A DNA stretch of 64,000 bases. Origin: Chitinivibrionales bacterium. Lineage in GTDB: Bacteria; Fibrobacterota; Chitinivibrionia; Chitinivibrionales; WJKA01. The position numbers and the translations under genes were made by a program. Where the stretch lies: the NCBI GenBank assembly GCA_038247415.1, contig JBBRUX010000003.1:64001-128000 (forward strand), written 5' to 3'. Below, in pieces: positions 10,735 through 20,038 of this stretch (positions within the stretch are counted from its first letter, which is position 1; the number at the start of each line of letters is the position of its first letter). The notes below the pieces were generated by a model, which saw only the letters and a list, made by a program, of their open reading frames with translations, did not search any database and was not told the origin of the DNA.

Positions 10735-12426
10735 ATCCGATTCGAAACTAAAACTTCAGGGCTTTACGACGTTCTCACTCCAATTCAGGAAGATGGGGAA
10801 GTCTTTGATGCCGCTCTTTTACGCGAGAATTTAAATGCTCTCTTGGCGCAAGGTCGACGCAATATTGCGATCGATTTATCACAACTTGAGTATATCTACT
10901 CCGACACGATGAATGCGCTCTTTGCACTTAATCGTCAAATCCTTGATGTGAACGGTCGACTGGCACTTCTTGGACCATCAAAAGATGTTGCTCAGATTTT
11001 GCAAAGTGCTGGTATCTATAACTTTCTTAAGGTATACGATACCGAAAGCGAATTGCTTAAGAGCTCCGATGATATCATTGTGCAAACCTCTAGCTACAAT
11101 CTGTCGTCTATTCGAACCATGCAAGCCGAATCGGTCGAACCTGCAGTGCGTGGTGATTCAGACTTCGAAGATTTCAGGTCGGGCATTGCCGATGCATTCG
11201 ATACCGCACCTGCTCAACCTTCGCGTCCTAAGCAACCACCATCGCCTGCGCCTGAGCCTCCTCGCATGAGGGCACCTCAGAAGCCTGCGGCTCCAGTTGC
11301 TGAACCAGTTTTTGATCTAGGTGACGAAAGTGAAGCTTTTGTTTCTCGACCACAAGCTCAAAAAGCGCCAACAAATAAGGCACCTCAAGGTATGCCTAAA
11401 GGTTCTCGCCCTGTAGAGCAACCATCGTTTGGGCAAGAATCTTTTGACGAACCCGCATTTAAGCCATCTAAAAAGCCAGAGCCCGCTGTTGCACCTAAAG
11501 CTTCCAAAAATGTCGACCGATGGGAAGAAGAAATTGCAGAAAGCAAGTCATCTAAAAAATCTGCAATGCCTGTTGTTATAGGTGTTGCGGTATTTGTGCT
11601 GCTTGCCGCTGCTGCAATTATCATTGTACCAGGCTATATGGAATCCAATAAAAATAAAGATGTTTCTGCTGCTCCCGAAGCTGCAAAAATTCCGCAAGTT
11701 GCATCGGTGCCGGCTGCTGAGCCAAGCCCAGCTGCTCCTGAAGCGGTTGCCCCTGCTACCCAGCCAGCTCAAGTTGCACAAAGGCAAGCAGAATCAGCTC
11801 CAGTTCCACGCGATGCTGCGCAAAAACCGGTTGCAGAAAAACCCAGAGCTACCTATGCTCCTGTCGCTTCTGCGCCGCCTCCAGCTGCACCATCTGCAGT
11901 TAACAAATTAGTAGTTCAATCAATTCCCTCTGGAGCTCGGGTAATTCTCAATAATAATCCTCGTGGAGAAACCCCTCTTGAGATCGATAATCCACCCAAG
12001 GCAAAATATCGTCTTATTGTAAGTAAAGATGGTTTTACTACTAAGGTCATGAGTATCGAGTTTAGGGGTGGCTACCAGGAAGAAAATGTTGAACTTGCAA
12101 TGGCAAATGAACCTGCTCCAGAACCTGCTGCAGCACCATATTCTCCACCACCTCCACCTCCGCCACCACCGGCTCCTGTTGCAGCACCTGCACCTGCGGC
12201 CTCATCCGCACCATCGGGAGATCCTGCTACTATATTTATTAGCTCGATTCCGCCTGTTGCAGATGTATATCTTGACGGAAGGCTCATTGGTAAAACTAAT
12301 ATAACAAAGCTTAATGTCTTTACAGGTACGCATACGATGCGCTTTTCAAAAAATGGCAAAGAAGTAACCAAAGATATGACATTTAGTGGTGGAGAGAACC
12401 CTTCTGTAATGGTTAAGATACAATAA
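10735..12426 (+). CDS. STAS domain, Pro/Ala-rich linker, TM helix and two PEGA domains (probable non-canonical ATC/ATT start)
   Basis: LRENLNALLAQGRRNIAIDLSQLEYIYS (STAS); TM VVIGVAVFVLLAAAAIIIV; PEGA repeats LVVQSIPSGARVILN and IFISSIPPVADVYLDG. Frame is open upstream of the TTG at 10843. Confidence 0.75.
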   Translation: MRFETKTSGLYDVLTPIQEDGEVFDAALLRENLNALLAQGRRNIAIDLSQLEYIYSDTMNALFALNRQILDVNGRLALLGPSKDVAQILQSAGIYNFLKVYDTESELLKSSDDIIVQTSSYNLSSIRTMQAESVEPAVRGDSDFEDFRSGIADAFDTAPAQPSRPKQPPSPAPEPPRMRAPQKPAAPVAEPVFDLGDESEAFVSRPQAQKAPTNKAPQGMPKGSRPVEQPSFGQESFDEPAFKPSKKPEPAVAPKASKNVDRWEEEIAESKSSKKSAMPVVIGVAVFVLLAAAAIIIVPGYMESNKNKDVSAAPEAAKIPQVASVPAAEPSPAAPEAVAPATQPAQVAQRQAESAPVPRDAAQKPVAEKPRATYAPVASAPPPAAPSAVNKLVVQSIPSGARVILNNNPRGETPLEIDNPPKAKYRLIVSKDGFTTKVMSIEFRGGYQEENVELAMANEPAPEPAAAPYSPPPPPPPPPAPVAAPAPAASSAPSGDPATIFISSIPPVADVYLDGRLIGKTNITKLNVFTGTHTMRFSKNGKEVTKDMTFSGGENPSVMVKIQ

Positions 12427-12445
12427 TATTTTTATTGTGCAATCT

Positions 12446-13759
12446 ATGAAAGATCGTTTTTTTGATGATGAAAAAGCCCCTTCAGAGAGGGGCTTTTTTC
12501 ATGTTCGGCCTTCACTCTGGCTGATAGGCTTTGTACTTGCGGGGCTTGGGCTCTGTATATGGCTGGGATCGAGAACAGTACACCATGCTGCTCCTGAGGT
12601 TGTGCAAACTCAGGTCGTAAGCTTTGTTCCAAAGCTTATTGGTCATGTTGTTAAGCCTGGCGATACGTTTGCGGGCATACTTGCGCTCTATGGAGTTCCT
12701 CCCGACAAGTCAAACAAACTTTATTCCTCGCTTATGTCAACTGGTTTTTCGTGTCTGTTTCCCGGCGATTCTCTTGTTCTTGCAATGACAGAAGAAGGCT
12801 CCTTGCTCGAATGCAACATTTTGTCGGGGCTATCGTATTGGTATCGGATGAAAATTGGCGGTCAGGGAATTAATGCCGAAAAAACAAAGCTTCCAATTAC
12901 TGTCCAGCAGTGTGTAATTTGGGGAGAGCTATCAAGCTCACTCTCGGAGGCGCTTAATGCGCTTGGTGTTGGCGATGCGGTTGTTTCACAATTTGCAGAT
13001 ATCTTTGCGTGGGATATCAATTTCTTTATGGATCCACAGCGGGGAGACCGGTTTCGTGTTGTGGTGGAGCGCCTCTATGCTGGCGATCGGTTTGTAGGGT
13101 ATGGGACAATTCTCGCTGCATCATATTGCAACCAGGGAAAAACGTTTACCGCTTTTGGTGTTACCGATACAACCGGCAAGATTCGCTATTACGATGAATC
13201 TGGAAAATCGCTCGAAAAGGAATTTCTAAAAGCACCCTTGCGGTACAATAGAATATCTTCGCTTTTCACCCTGCATAGAAAACACCCAGTTCTTGGAATT
13301 GTTCGACCCCATTTGGGTATCGATTATGCTGCACCAACCGGTACCCCTGTGTATGCAGCTGCAGACGGGTTGGTAGTTTTCTCTGGCGTAAAGGGTGGCT
13401 TTGGTCGGTATATTGTAATTCGGCATGGAGCTGCCTACGAAACAAGTTATGGTCATTTGAATAGTATCGCCAAAGGCGTTGGCGCTGGCAAGCGTGTTAT
13501 TCAGGGTAGTTGTATTGGCGCAGTGGGAAGTAGTGGGCTCTCGACGGGGCCGCATCTGGATTACCGTATGCAGAAAAATGGGCACTTTGTTAATCCACTT
13601 ACAATCAGTGCCCCGTCTAAAGAGGGTATTGATGTCGCGCATAGTGCGGTATTTTCGGTAACCCGAGATCAATGGCTCGATGTTTTTAATTTGCGATATG
13701 GGGCAGAACCTGGTTGTTATCTTTTTAATGTATATACGCAAGTTGCATCTTGTAAATAG
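12446..13759 (+). CDS. M23 family peptidoglycan endopeptidase (MepM-like)
   Basis: HLGIDYAAPTGTPV, YGHL, STGPHLDY; N-terminal TM; LysM-like VVKPGDTF. Confidence 0.9.
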   Translation: MKDRFFDDEKAPSERGFFHVRPSLWLIGFVLAGLGLCIWLGSRTVHHAAPEVVQTQVVSFVPKLIGHVVKPGDTFAGILALYGVPPDKSNKLYSSLMSTGFSCLFPGDSLVLAMTEEGSLLECNILSGLSYWYRMKIGGQGINAEKTKLPITVQQCVIWGELSSSLSEALNALGVGDAVVSQFADIFAWDINFFMDPQRGDRFRVVVERLYAGDRFVGYGTILAASYCNQGKTFTAFGVTDTTGKIRYYDESGKSLEKEFLKAPLRYNRISSLFTLHRKHPVLGIVRPHLGIDYAAPTGTPVYAAADGLVVFSGVKGGFGRYIVIRHGAAYETSYGHLNSIAKGVGAGKRVIQGSCIGAVGSSGLSTGPHLDYRMQKNGHFVNPLTISAPSKEGIDVAHSAVFSVTRDQWLDVFNLRYGAEPGCYLFNVYTQVASCK

Positions 13760-13797
13760 TACCGATTCGATCGTTTCGAATGTAAGGTGGTTAAGGA

Positions 13798-14217
13798 ATG
13801 AATATGCAGCACGATATGATCTACGAAAAGGTTACGCGCGATCTGATTGAAAGTGGCAAAGAAGTTCGGTATAAAGCGCAGGCCTATGGTTTTGTCATGG
13901 GCGGGCTTGAGTTTCAAATTGGAAGAATTGGTATCAAGCGTCATTTGACAGGGCAGGAACTTTCGATTGGACTTGCAGATTATGCAGGGATTCAATTCGG
14001 ACCTTTGGCATGCTGCGTATTGTCTTTTTGGGGTATTCATGGAAGCCATGATTTCGGGCATATCGTCTATGCGATGATCGATATTGGCCTCATGAGTCGC
14101 AAAGAAGAAGATCAACTTCAAGACTTTTTTGATGCAATAGACCTAGGGGTATATTTAAATAACCAGAATTTCTATACTATCGATGCATCTGCTATAAAAA
14201 GAATACGCGGATCTTGA
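13798..14217 (+). CDS. Minf_1886 / TIGR04138-type conserved protein
   Basis: RYKAQAYGFV...RHLTGQEL...QFGPLA..VLSFWGI...DFGHIVYAMI...EDQLQDF. Confidence 0.75.
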   Translation: MNMQHDMIYEKVTRDLIESGKEVRYKAQAYGFVMGGLEFQIGRIGIKRHLTGQELSIGLADYAGIQFGPLACCVLSFWGIHGSHDFGHIVYAMIDIGLMSRKEEDQLQDFFDAIDLGVYLNNQNFYTIDASAIKRIRGS

Positions 14218-14270
14218 AAATCGGGTGCCCCGCAATATATTTTTTAACGTCTTTTAAAAAGAATCTAAAT

Positions 14271-14343
14271 GCCGCTTTAGCTCAGTCGGTAGAGCAAGGG
14301 ACTGAAAATCCCTGTGTCCACAGTTCGATTCTGTGAGGCGGCA
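14271..14343 (+). tRNA. tRNA-Phe(GAA), CCA not encoded
   Basis: GCCGCTT/AGGCGGC acceptor; AGGGA-CT GAA AA-TCCCT; GTTCGATT. Confidence 0.95.
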
Positions 14344-14352
14344 TTTTAATAC

Positions 14353-14392
14353 AAGGGCTTGTAGATAAAATTATCTGCAAGCCCTTTTTTTT
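14353..14392 (+). terminator. Intrinsic terminator after tRNA-Phe
   Basis: AAGGGCTTGTAGATAA-aa-TTATCTGCAAGCCC followed by T8. Confidence 0.85.
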
Positions 14393-14396
14393 ATGG

Positions 14397-14473
14397 ATAA
14401 ACTAAGAATAAACTAAGAATAAAATAAGAATAAAATAAGAATAAAATAAGAATAAAATAAGAATAAAATAAGA
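14397..14473. repeat. 11-bp tandem repeat, 7 copies
   Basis: 2x ATAAACTAAGA then 5x ATAAAATAAGA, head-to-tail with no spacers. Confidence 0.95.
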
Positions 14474-14486
14474 ATAGATACATAAG

Positions 14487-14900
14487 ATTGTGGGCATTCC
14501 AGCTTCGCTGTCGGGCCTCACCTCTTTAGGCGCCCAAAGGAAGTACCCTTGGAGTATTTTCCGATGCGGCTCCTCCTACGCTCTGGCTTAGCCAGCCGGT
14601 CTTTCATGCCATGCGGCACAAGGTGCCTGAGGCATTCAAGAATGAAAGATTCACTCCGTTTTGCTTTCATTCTCCAGTCCTGGCTAATGATCTTGACATG
14701 CGTGTGCTTTTGTGTTCACACCTTTCCGTCAACGGATAGGGGTACGGGGTGAGGCTCAAATGTAAATAAATCCCACAGTTATTTTTCGGAAAAAATCCGT
14801 TGACTTACGCGTTAAACAGGACTGGAAGGTGGCACCAAAGGCGAATGCCCGCGCTTGTAAGGAGAGCCGACGGTGGCAACCGTGGCGTCCAGATTCTGGA
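14487..14900 (+). ncRNA. Candidate large structured non-coding RNA or ssDNA element (unassigned family)
   Basis: Many 8-12 bp long-range complementary segments, e.g. 14513-14524/14746-14757, 14673-14682/14817-14826, 14728-14737/14795-14804, 14490-14499/14843-14852. Wobble pairs read G-U on the + strand. Confidence 0.45.
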
Positions 14901-15067
14901 TTTAGAAGATCTTTATTAGGGTTAAAGTGCAAAAAACTCTATAAATCAAGTATATTAATTACCTCTCTCCTCGATTAAAGCATTCTTGGAATACTAAGAG
15001 ACCACAATCGAGTAGACCATACTCAGACTTTAAATATTTAAAAATAGCGAAAGGATTCTTTTTATTT

Positions 15068-16123
15068 ATGGCACGATTAAAAACGATTTATTGGAATAAT
15101 AATACACTTCGCATGATTGATCAGACCTTGCTGCCAACAACGCTCGTATCTGTGGATATTACCGATGTTAAAGATGTGTACAACGCAATTAAAACACTCA
15201 TGGTTCGCGGAGCGCCGGCAATTGGAATCGCTGGTGCATATGGGACGTATCTGGGTGTTGCCCATTTGCCAGAGTCTATAGACAAGGATACTTTTTTTGA
15301 TGTTTTGACAAAAAATGCAGATTATTTAAATTCGTCTCGGCCTACTGCCGTGAACCTTTCGTGGGCCATTAACCGAATGGTGCGCTGTGCCAAAACATTG
15401 GTTGCCGAACCAGTACAGAAAATTAAAGATGCGCTCCTCGCAGAAGCCCATGCCATTTACGAACTCGATTTAAAAACGTGCCGCGCAATTGGTGAGTATG
15501 GCTACGAAGAGCTTAAAGGCTTTACTACCTTGTTGACACATTGTAATGCGGGCGGCTTGGCAACATCCGAGTACGGAACTGCGCTGGCACCCATTTACAT
15601 TGGGGCAGAAAAAGGAAAGAAATTTAGTGTTTTTTCCGATGAAACGCGGCCGCTTTTACAAGGATCTCGCATAACGGCATTTGAGCTTGCGCAAGCAGGC
15701 ATAGATGTAACGGTTATTTGCGATAATATGGCAGCCTATGCAATGTCGCTTGGAAAAATAGATGCCGTTATTGTTGGTGCCGATCGTATTACTCGCAATG
15801 GCGATGTAGCAAATAAGATTGGGACCTATAGTGTCGCCCTTGTTGCTAAAGCCCATACTATCCCTTTTTATGTAGCTGCGCCCTTGTCTACGTTTGATGC
15901 AGTCATGAAAACAGGCAAGGAAATTCCTATCGAAGAACGGGCTGCAGAAGAAATAACCCATGGGTTTGGCAAACGAACTGCTCCCGAAAATGTCAAGACT
16001 TTTAATCCTGCTTTTGATGTAACTCCGGGTACTCTGGTAACGGCTTTTATTACCGAAAAAGGTATTATTCGCCCTCCGTTTACCACGTCGCTGCCAGCAC
16101 TTCTCGATGCACCTCATGCCTAA
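15068..16123 (+). CDS. mtnA: S-methyl-5-thioribose-1-phosphate isomerase
   Basis: VRGAPAIG, SRPTAVNL, LTHCNAGGLAT, ETRPLLQGSR, GADRI, ANKIGT, NPAFDVTP. Confidence 0.95.
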   Translation: MARLKTIYWNNNTLRMIDQTLLPTTLVSVDITDVKDVYNAIKTLMVRGAPAIGIAGAYGTYLGVAHLPESIDKDTFFDVLTKNADYLNSSRPTAVNLSWAINRMVRCAKTLVAEPVQKIKDALLAEAHAIYELDLKTCRAIGEYGYEELKGFTTLLTHCNAGGLATSEYGTALAPIYIGAEKGKKFSVFSDETRPLLQGSRITAFELAQAGIDVTVICDNMAAYAMSLGKIDAVIVGADRITRNGDVANKIGTYSVALVAKAHTIPFYVAAPLSTFDAVMKTGKEIPIEERAAEEITHGFGKRTAPENVKTFNPAFDVTPGTLVTAFITEKGIIRPPFTTSLPALLDAPHA

Positions 16124-16128
16124 AAACA

Positions 16129-16164
16129 AAGCGGCCCGTGTACGCTACGGTACACGGGCCGCTT
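16129..16164. terminator. Probable bidirectional terminator between convergent genes
   Basis: AAGCGGCCCGTGTAC-gctacg-GTACACGGGCCGCTT, a perfect 15-bp stem. Confidence 0.8.
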
Positions 16165-16198
16165 AAAAAATCCCCTCACGATATGCAGTAGTAAACTA

Positions 16199-17269
16199 TT
16201 AGTAAATAACAGGGACCGTGTTTAACCGTAAAGCCTTTTTGGCAACTGCAAGAATTTCTGCTTTTGTTCCTGCATAAGCATCGATGGTATGAGTTGCTTT
16301 ACTTATTGTTGTTTGGTCTTTTTCTATTCCTTTCACAAGCTGTAGTTCTATTTCTCCAAAAAGCAAATGTTCACCAGATGGTGCGGGGCCTGCATTATAA
16401 GATTGTATACCACCTTTTGGGCCATCGGGGTTACCCTTGGCTGGATCTACGCATTCTTCTTGCGACCGGGGCATGTCATTGGTGGATTTAATAACACAAA
16501 ACCAGGTGTCGGAATCTGGATAGGCAGACACATACACAGCTTTTACAGGATTGTCAAAACACATATCTTCTGGACGAATTGCAAGTTTGTAAATATCCTG
16601 AGCATCTATTTTATACCGCGCGTAGCCAGCTTCTACACTCACTCGATCTGCAGGGATTGGGGTAAAGTAGCTGAGCACCGATGCGTTTGGTTTAATAGGA
16701 AACAGTGCTGTTCCAGGGGATGATAGACCATTTGTAAAGACCATTGCGAGCGACCATGCGCACATATCGATGTGTGTAACTCCAATTACCATAGTGTCAG
16801 TAATGGTTGTACCGGCGTGTGCTAATCCTGTAGAAAAGGGATCGGTCTCATGAATTTTAAATATTCTTTCGGCACTGCACCCTTCGTACGATTCATTCAT
16901 GACACAGTCGAATGCTGCAAAGTTGCTCTGGTACTGTAAAGATCCTATGGTGGTATAATGTCCTGGATCCATTTCTGATGGTGTAAACCAACCTTCGAAG
17001 TCGCGAGGGTTATCGTAGTAGAATGTTCGCTCGGGAGAGAGCCAAAGCCGCTCTCCGCCGATAGCCCATAGTTTTGATGCCATTACTTCATCGAGATTAG
17101 CGGGATTCCATAAAACATTGGGGAGATCTCGTCGGGGAAAAAGGCCGAGAAGTCGCGCCCCATATTCTGTAAAAAGCAAAGCCCCTTGAGACGACTCAAC
17201 CATTGTGGTGGGTGAAAATTTTGTGGTAATTGCTTGAAGCTCTTTACAAAAAAACGATGGATTAGACAT
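16199..17269 (-). CDS. Hypothetical protein (tentatively DUF6786-like beta-sandwich)
   Basis: 356-aa ORF with AAGGAG SD; YGARLLGL and GGERLWLSPE motifs. Confidence 0.55.
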   Translation of the reverse strand: MSNPSFFCKELQAITTKFSPTTMVESSQGALLFTEYGARLLGLFPRRDLPNVLWNPANLDEVMASKLWAIGGERLWLSPERTFYYDNPRDFEGWFTPSEMDPGHYTTIGSLQYQSNFAAFDCVMNESYEGCSAERIFKIHETDPFSTGLAHAGTTITDTMVIGVTHIDMCAWSLAMVFTNGLSSPGTALFPIKPNASVLSYFTPIPADRVSVEAGYARYKIDAQDIYKLAIRPEDMCFDNPVKAVYVSAYPDSDTWFCVIKSTNDMPRSQEECVDPAKGNPDGPKGGIQSYNAGPAPSGEHLLFGEIELQLVKGIEKDQTTISKATHTIDAYAGTKAEILAVAKKALRLNTVPVIY

Positions 17270-17408
17270 AGTGTATACTCCTTGAACGGTCTCGATAGGT
17301 TGTGGTGAAAAGAAAAGTGGGACCCTTTAAAATATAATGGTGCTCGAAAAAAAATGCATACATCATAATTTTAATCTGAGTGCAGAGATTCTTAGGTTTC
17401 TATAAAAT

Positions 17409-18773
17409 TTATGGGAAAGCGTCTTCATCGGATCCTTCTACCAGAATGCCGTGGGTATTCATACGAGAATAGAGCGCACGGCGAGAAATTCCCAATAACG
17501 AGGCCGCTTTTGTTTTATTTCCCGATGCCTTTTCTAACGCCTGCATAATTAAACTTTTTTCAACTTCGTCAAGAGATACACCATCATCGGGGAGCAGAAA
17601 AGATCCTGCAAACGCATTGGTTTTGGCAATAGTAATATGAGTTGGAAGATGCTGCGGCAAGATTTGTTCGTTATTTGAAACGATAACACTGCGTTCGATA
17701 CAATTTTCAAGTTCTCGAATATTACCTGGCCAGGTATACGCCAAGAGTATATCGAGAGTTTTTTTTGCAATGCCCCCAGTATGATGAAATTTGAGGAGAA
17801 ACGAGTCTGCCAGGAGCGGGATATCTTCTCTGCGTTGTGCGAGGGAGGGGATAAGAATGGGAAATATGTTGAGCCGATAGTACAAATCTTCGCGAAACGT
17901 ACCATCTTTAACTGCTGCTTCGAGATCTTTGTTGGTAGCTGCAATAACGCGCGCTGTGGTTTTGATACATTGGGTGGCCCCAACTCGCGTGAATTCCTTT
18001 TCTTGAAGAACACGCAAAAGCTTGACTTGGAGAGATTGTGAAATATCGCCAATTTCGTCGAGAAATACGGTGCCCGATCCTGCTTGTTCAAAAAGCCCAA
18101 GCCGTTTATCGATTGCACCCGTAAATGAACCTTTTTCGTGACCAAACAATTCCGATTCGAGCAAGTTTTCGGGCAAGGCCCCGCAGTTTATGGCAATAAA
18201 TCCCTTGCGCCCGCTTTCGGCATGGACGCCACGGGCAACAAGTTCTTTTCCGGTTCCGCTTCTTCCCCGTACAAGCACCGTCGTTTCACGGGATGCAACA
18301 CTTTTAATGGCTGCAATAACCTCGTGAATTGCTCGCGATTCACCAATAATGCCCTTAAGTGTTTGATAGGAGTCAACATCTTTTTGTAAACGCTCAAGCT
18401 CAAGAGACTTAGTGGTATCAGCCAGAGCGCGTTCAATGAGCATGAGCATTTCTTCCATCTCAAATGGCTTTGCAATATAGCGCAGAGCTCCCCGTTTCAT
18501 TGCCTCTATGCCTGTTTTGGCATCTGCAAAGGCAGTCATGACGATAACGGGAATGGCAGGATAGAGTTGCTTAATGTGCGTGAGAAGCTCAATGCCGGTC
18601 ATGCCATCCATGCGTATGTCCGAGAGCACGAGGTCGACAGGAGACGCTTTAAGAATGGTCAGTGCTTCTTCTCCCGAGCAGGCTTCGCTAATCTGGTAGT
18701 TCCCCGAAAAGAGGGCCATGGCAAGCAATGCCCGAATTTTTCCCTCGTCGTCAACAATCAGGATGTGTGCCAT
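17409..18773 (-). CDS. Sigma-54-dependent response regulator (NtrC family)
   Basis: Receiver [47 protein letters not shown]; Fis-type [18 protein letters not shown]. Confidence 0.95.
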   Translation of the reverse strand: MAHILIVDDEGKIRALLAMALFSGNYQISEACSGEEALTILKASPVDLVLSDIRMDGMTGIELLTHIKQLYPAIPVIVMTAFADAKTGIEAMKRGALRYIAKPFEMEEMLMLIERALADTTKSLELERLQKDVDSYQTLKGIIGESRAIHEVIAAIKSVASRETTVLVRGRSGTGKELVARGVHAESGRKGFIAINCGALPENLLESELFGHEKGSFTGAIDKRLGLFEQAGSGTVFLDEIGDISQSLQVKLLRVLQEKEFTRVGATQCIKTTARVIAATNKDLEAAVKDGTFREDLYYRLNIFPILIPSLAQRREDIPLLADSFLLKFHHTGGIAKKTLDILLAYTWPGNIRELENCIERSVIVSNNEQILPQHLPTHITIAKTNAFAGSFLLPDDGVSLDEVEKSLIMQALEKASGNKTKAASLLGISRRALYSRMNTHGILVEGSDEDAFP

Positions 18774-20038
18774 AAGTTCCTCGGGATAGAAATGGTGAAA
18801 GTAGTTGGACTGCCGGGTTTAAGGGCGAGCGTGTATCCGAGTCGTTCACAGACCGTTTTTGTAATTGCCAAGCCTAACCCTGTTCCATTGTTATGCGATG
18901 TTACAAACGGTTCAAAAAGAGTTTTTCGAATAGATTCTGGTACTCCTGGTCCGCTATCGGCAAGCGAAAGAACACCGAGTTGCTTTTCTAAAGAGAATTC
19001 GGCTTTAATACTTCCCGTTTCTTTCATGGCTTGTGCTGCATTACGAATTAGATTGTCGATTGCTTGACGTAGCGCATCGGGATCGGTTGTGATGCTATAA
19101 GAATTGTCGATTAAAAGAGAGAAAATAATAGTGGGATAGATAAGTTTGTATGGTTCGGTGATGGCTACAAAGAGTGGTGCAAGCTGTACCTTTTTTAATA
19201 CCAGCGGACGTTCACGAGAAAAGGCAAGCATGTCGTCGATAAGGCGGGAAAGTCGCATTACTTCTTCGCTTAAAAAAGTAAATGCTTTATGGTGATGTTG
19301 TGGATCAAATTGTTTTTGTAATACATCGGCACTCGCTTTAAGAATGGCAAGAGGGTTTTTAAGCTCGTGGGCCAGCTCGGCGCTCATTCTTCCCAAAAAA
19401 GCAAGCCTGTCGGTATGGGCAATCTTGTGTTGATTCTTACGGGCAACCTGAGTAAGCCAAATTATACCAGCACACATGACAATCGTAAGCAGGGCAAGTA
19501 CAAGGGTGATTGCGTAAAAATATCCTTCTACTTTTTGCGTAAGCGTCAAGTCGTCTTGGTTAGATTCCAGAACAATAAGGGCTGGGGTTAATCCGATTGT
19601 GCAAGGATAATAGAGCGAATTAAAGGATACCCCATCGAGTGTTTGAATGGGTGTCAGGGAAGGGATAGTACGGGAGGCTGCTGTTTTAAAGAGTTCTGGA
19701 AAAGCAAGAAATGGTAACAGATCATCGCCGCGCTGAATAATCTGCTGGCTGCTGTAAAGAACCATCCCCGTTGTAGAAGTAATAACAATACGCTCAAATC
19801 CACATCCCCGAGAAAATTGACCAAGCCACTGGGAAATCGCCTGCGGATCGGTATCGTTTCCCATTAACTTTTCCTGCGTGGTAGCAGCAGCGTAGGCCGC
19901 AAACGATGACATACGGGCGAGAGCTCGAGTGCGTTGTTGGCCTACCCCAGAAGAAAATATGAGCATGGTAATAACAAAAAAGATTGTTATCGAGCCAATG
20001 ATGATACAAAGAAGAGTAAATAAATAGCGGTTTTTCAT
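18758..20038 (-). CDS. Sensor histidine kinase (2 TM, periplasmic domain)
   Basis: H-box ELAHELKNPL, N-box NLIRNAAQA, DSGPG, GTGLGL. Confidence 0.93.
   Translation of the reverse strand: MKNRYLFTLLCIIIGSITIFFVITMLIFSSGVGQQRTRALARMSSFAAYAAATTQEKLMGNDTDPQAISQWLGQFSRGCGFERIVITSTTGMVLYSSQQIIQRGDDLLPFLAFPELFKTAASRTIPSLTPIQTLDGVSFNSLYYPCTIGLTPALIVLESNQDDLTLTQKVEGYFYAITLVLALLTIVMCAGIIWLTQVARKNQHKIAHTDRLAFLGRMSAELAHELKNPLAILKASADVLQKQFDPQHHHKAFTFLSEEVMRLSRLIDDMLAFSRERPLVLKKVQLAPLFVAITEPYKLIYPTIIFSLLIDNSYSITTDPDALRQAIDNLIRNAAQAMKETGSIKAEFSLEKQLGVLSLADSGPGVPESIRKTLFEPFVTSHNNGTGLGLAITKTVCERLGYTLALKPGSPTTFTISIPRNLWHTS

Noticed and set aside
12112..12210. CCA/CCT/CCG-rich quasi-repeats
   Set aside because: They encode the poly-Pro linker of the STAS-PEGA protein, not an independent repeat.
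14397..14473. Repeat array as a possible CRISPR
   Set aside because: Units are 11 bp, contiguous, have no spacers, and no cas genes are present.
14549..14752. 67-aa ORF within the structured region
   Set aside because: TTG start, no recognisable motif; the base-pairing pattern explains the region better.
14862..14900. GAGCCGACGGTGGCAACCGTGGCGTCC resembles group II intron domain V
   Set aside because: The basal stem does not pair properly, there is no GTGYG 5' end, domain VI or RT gene; would need a covariance-model hit.
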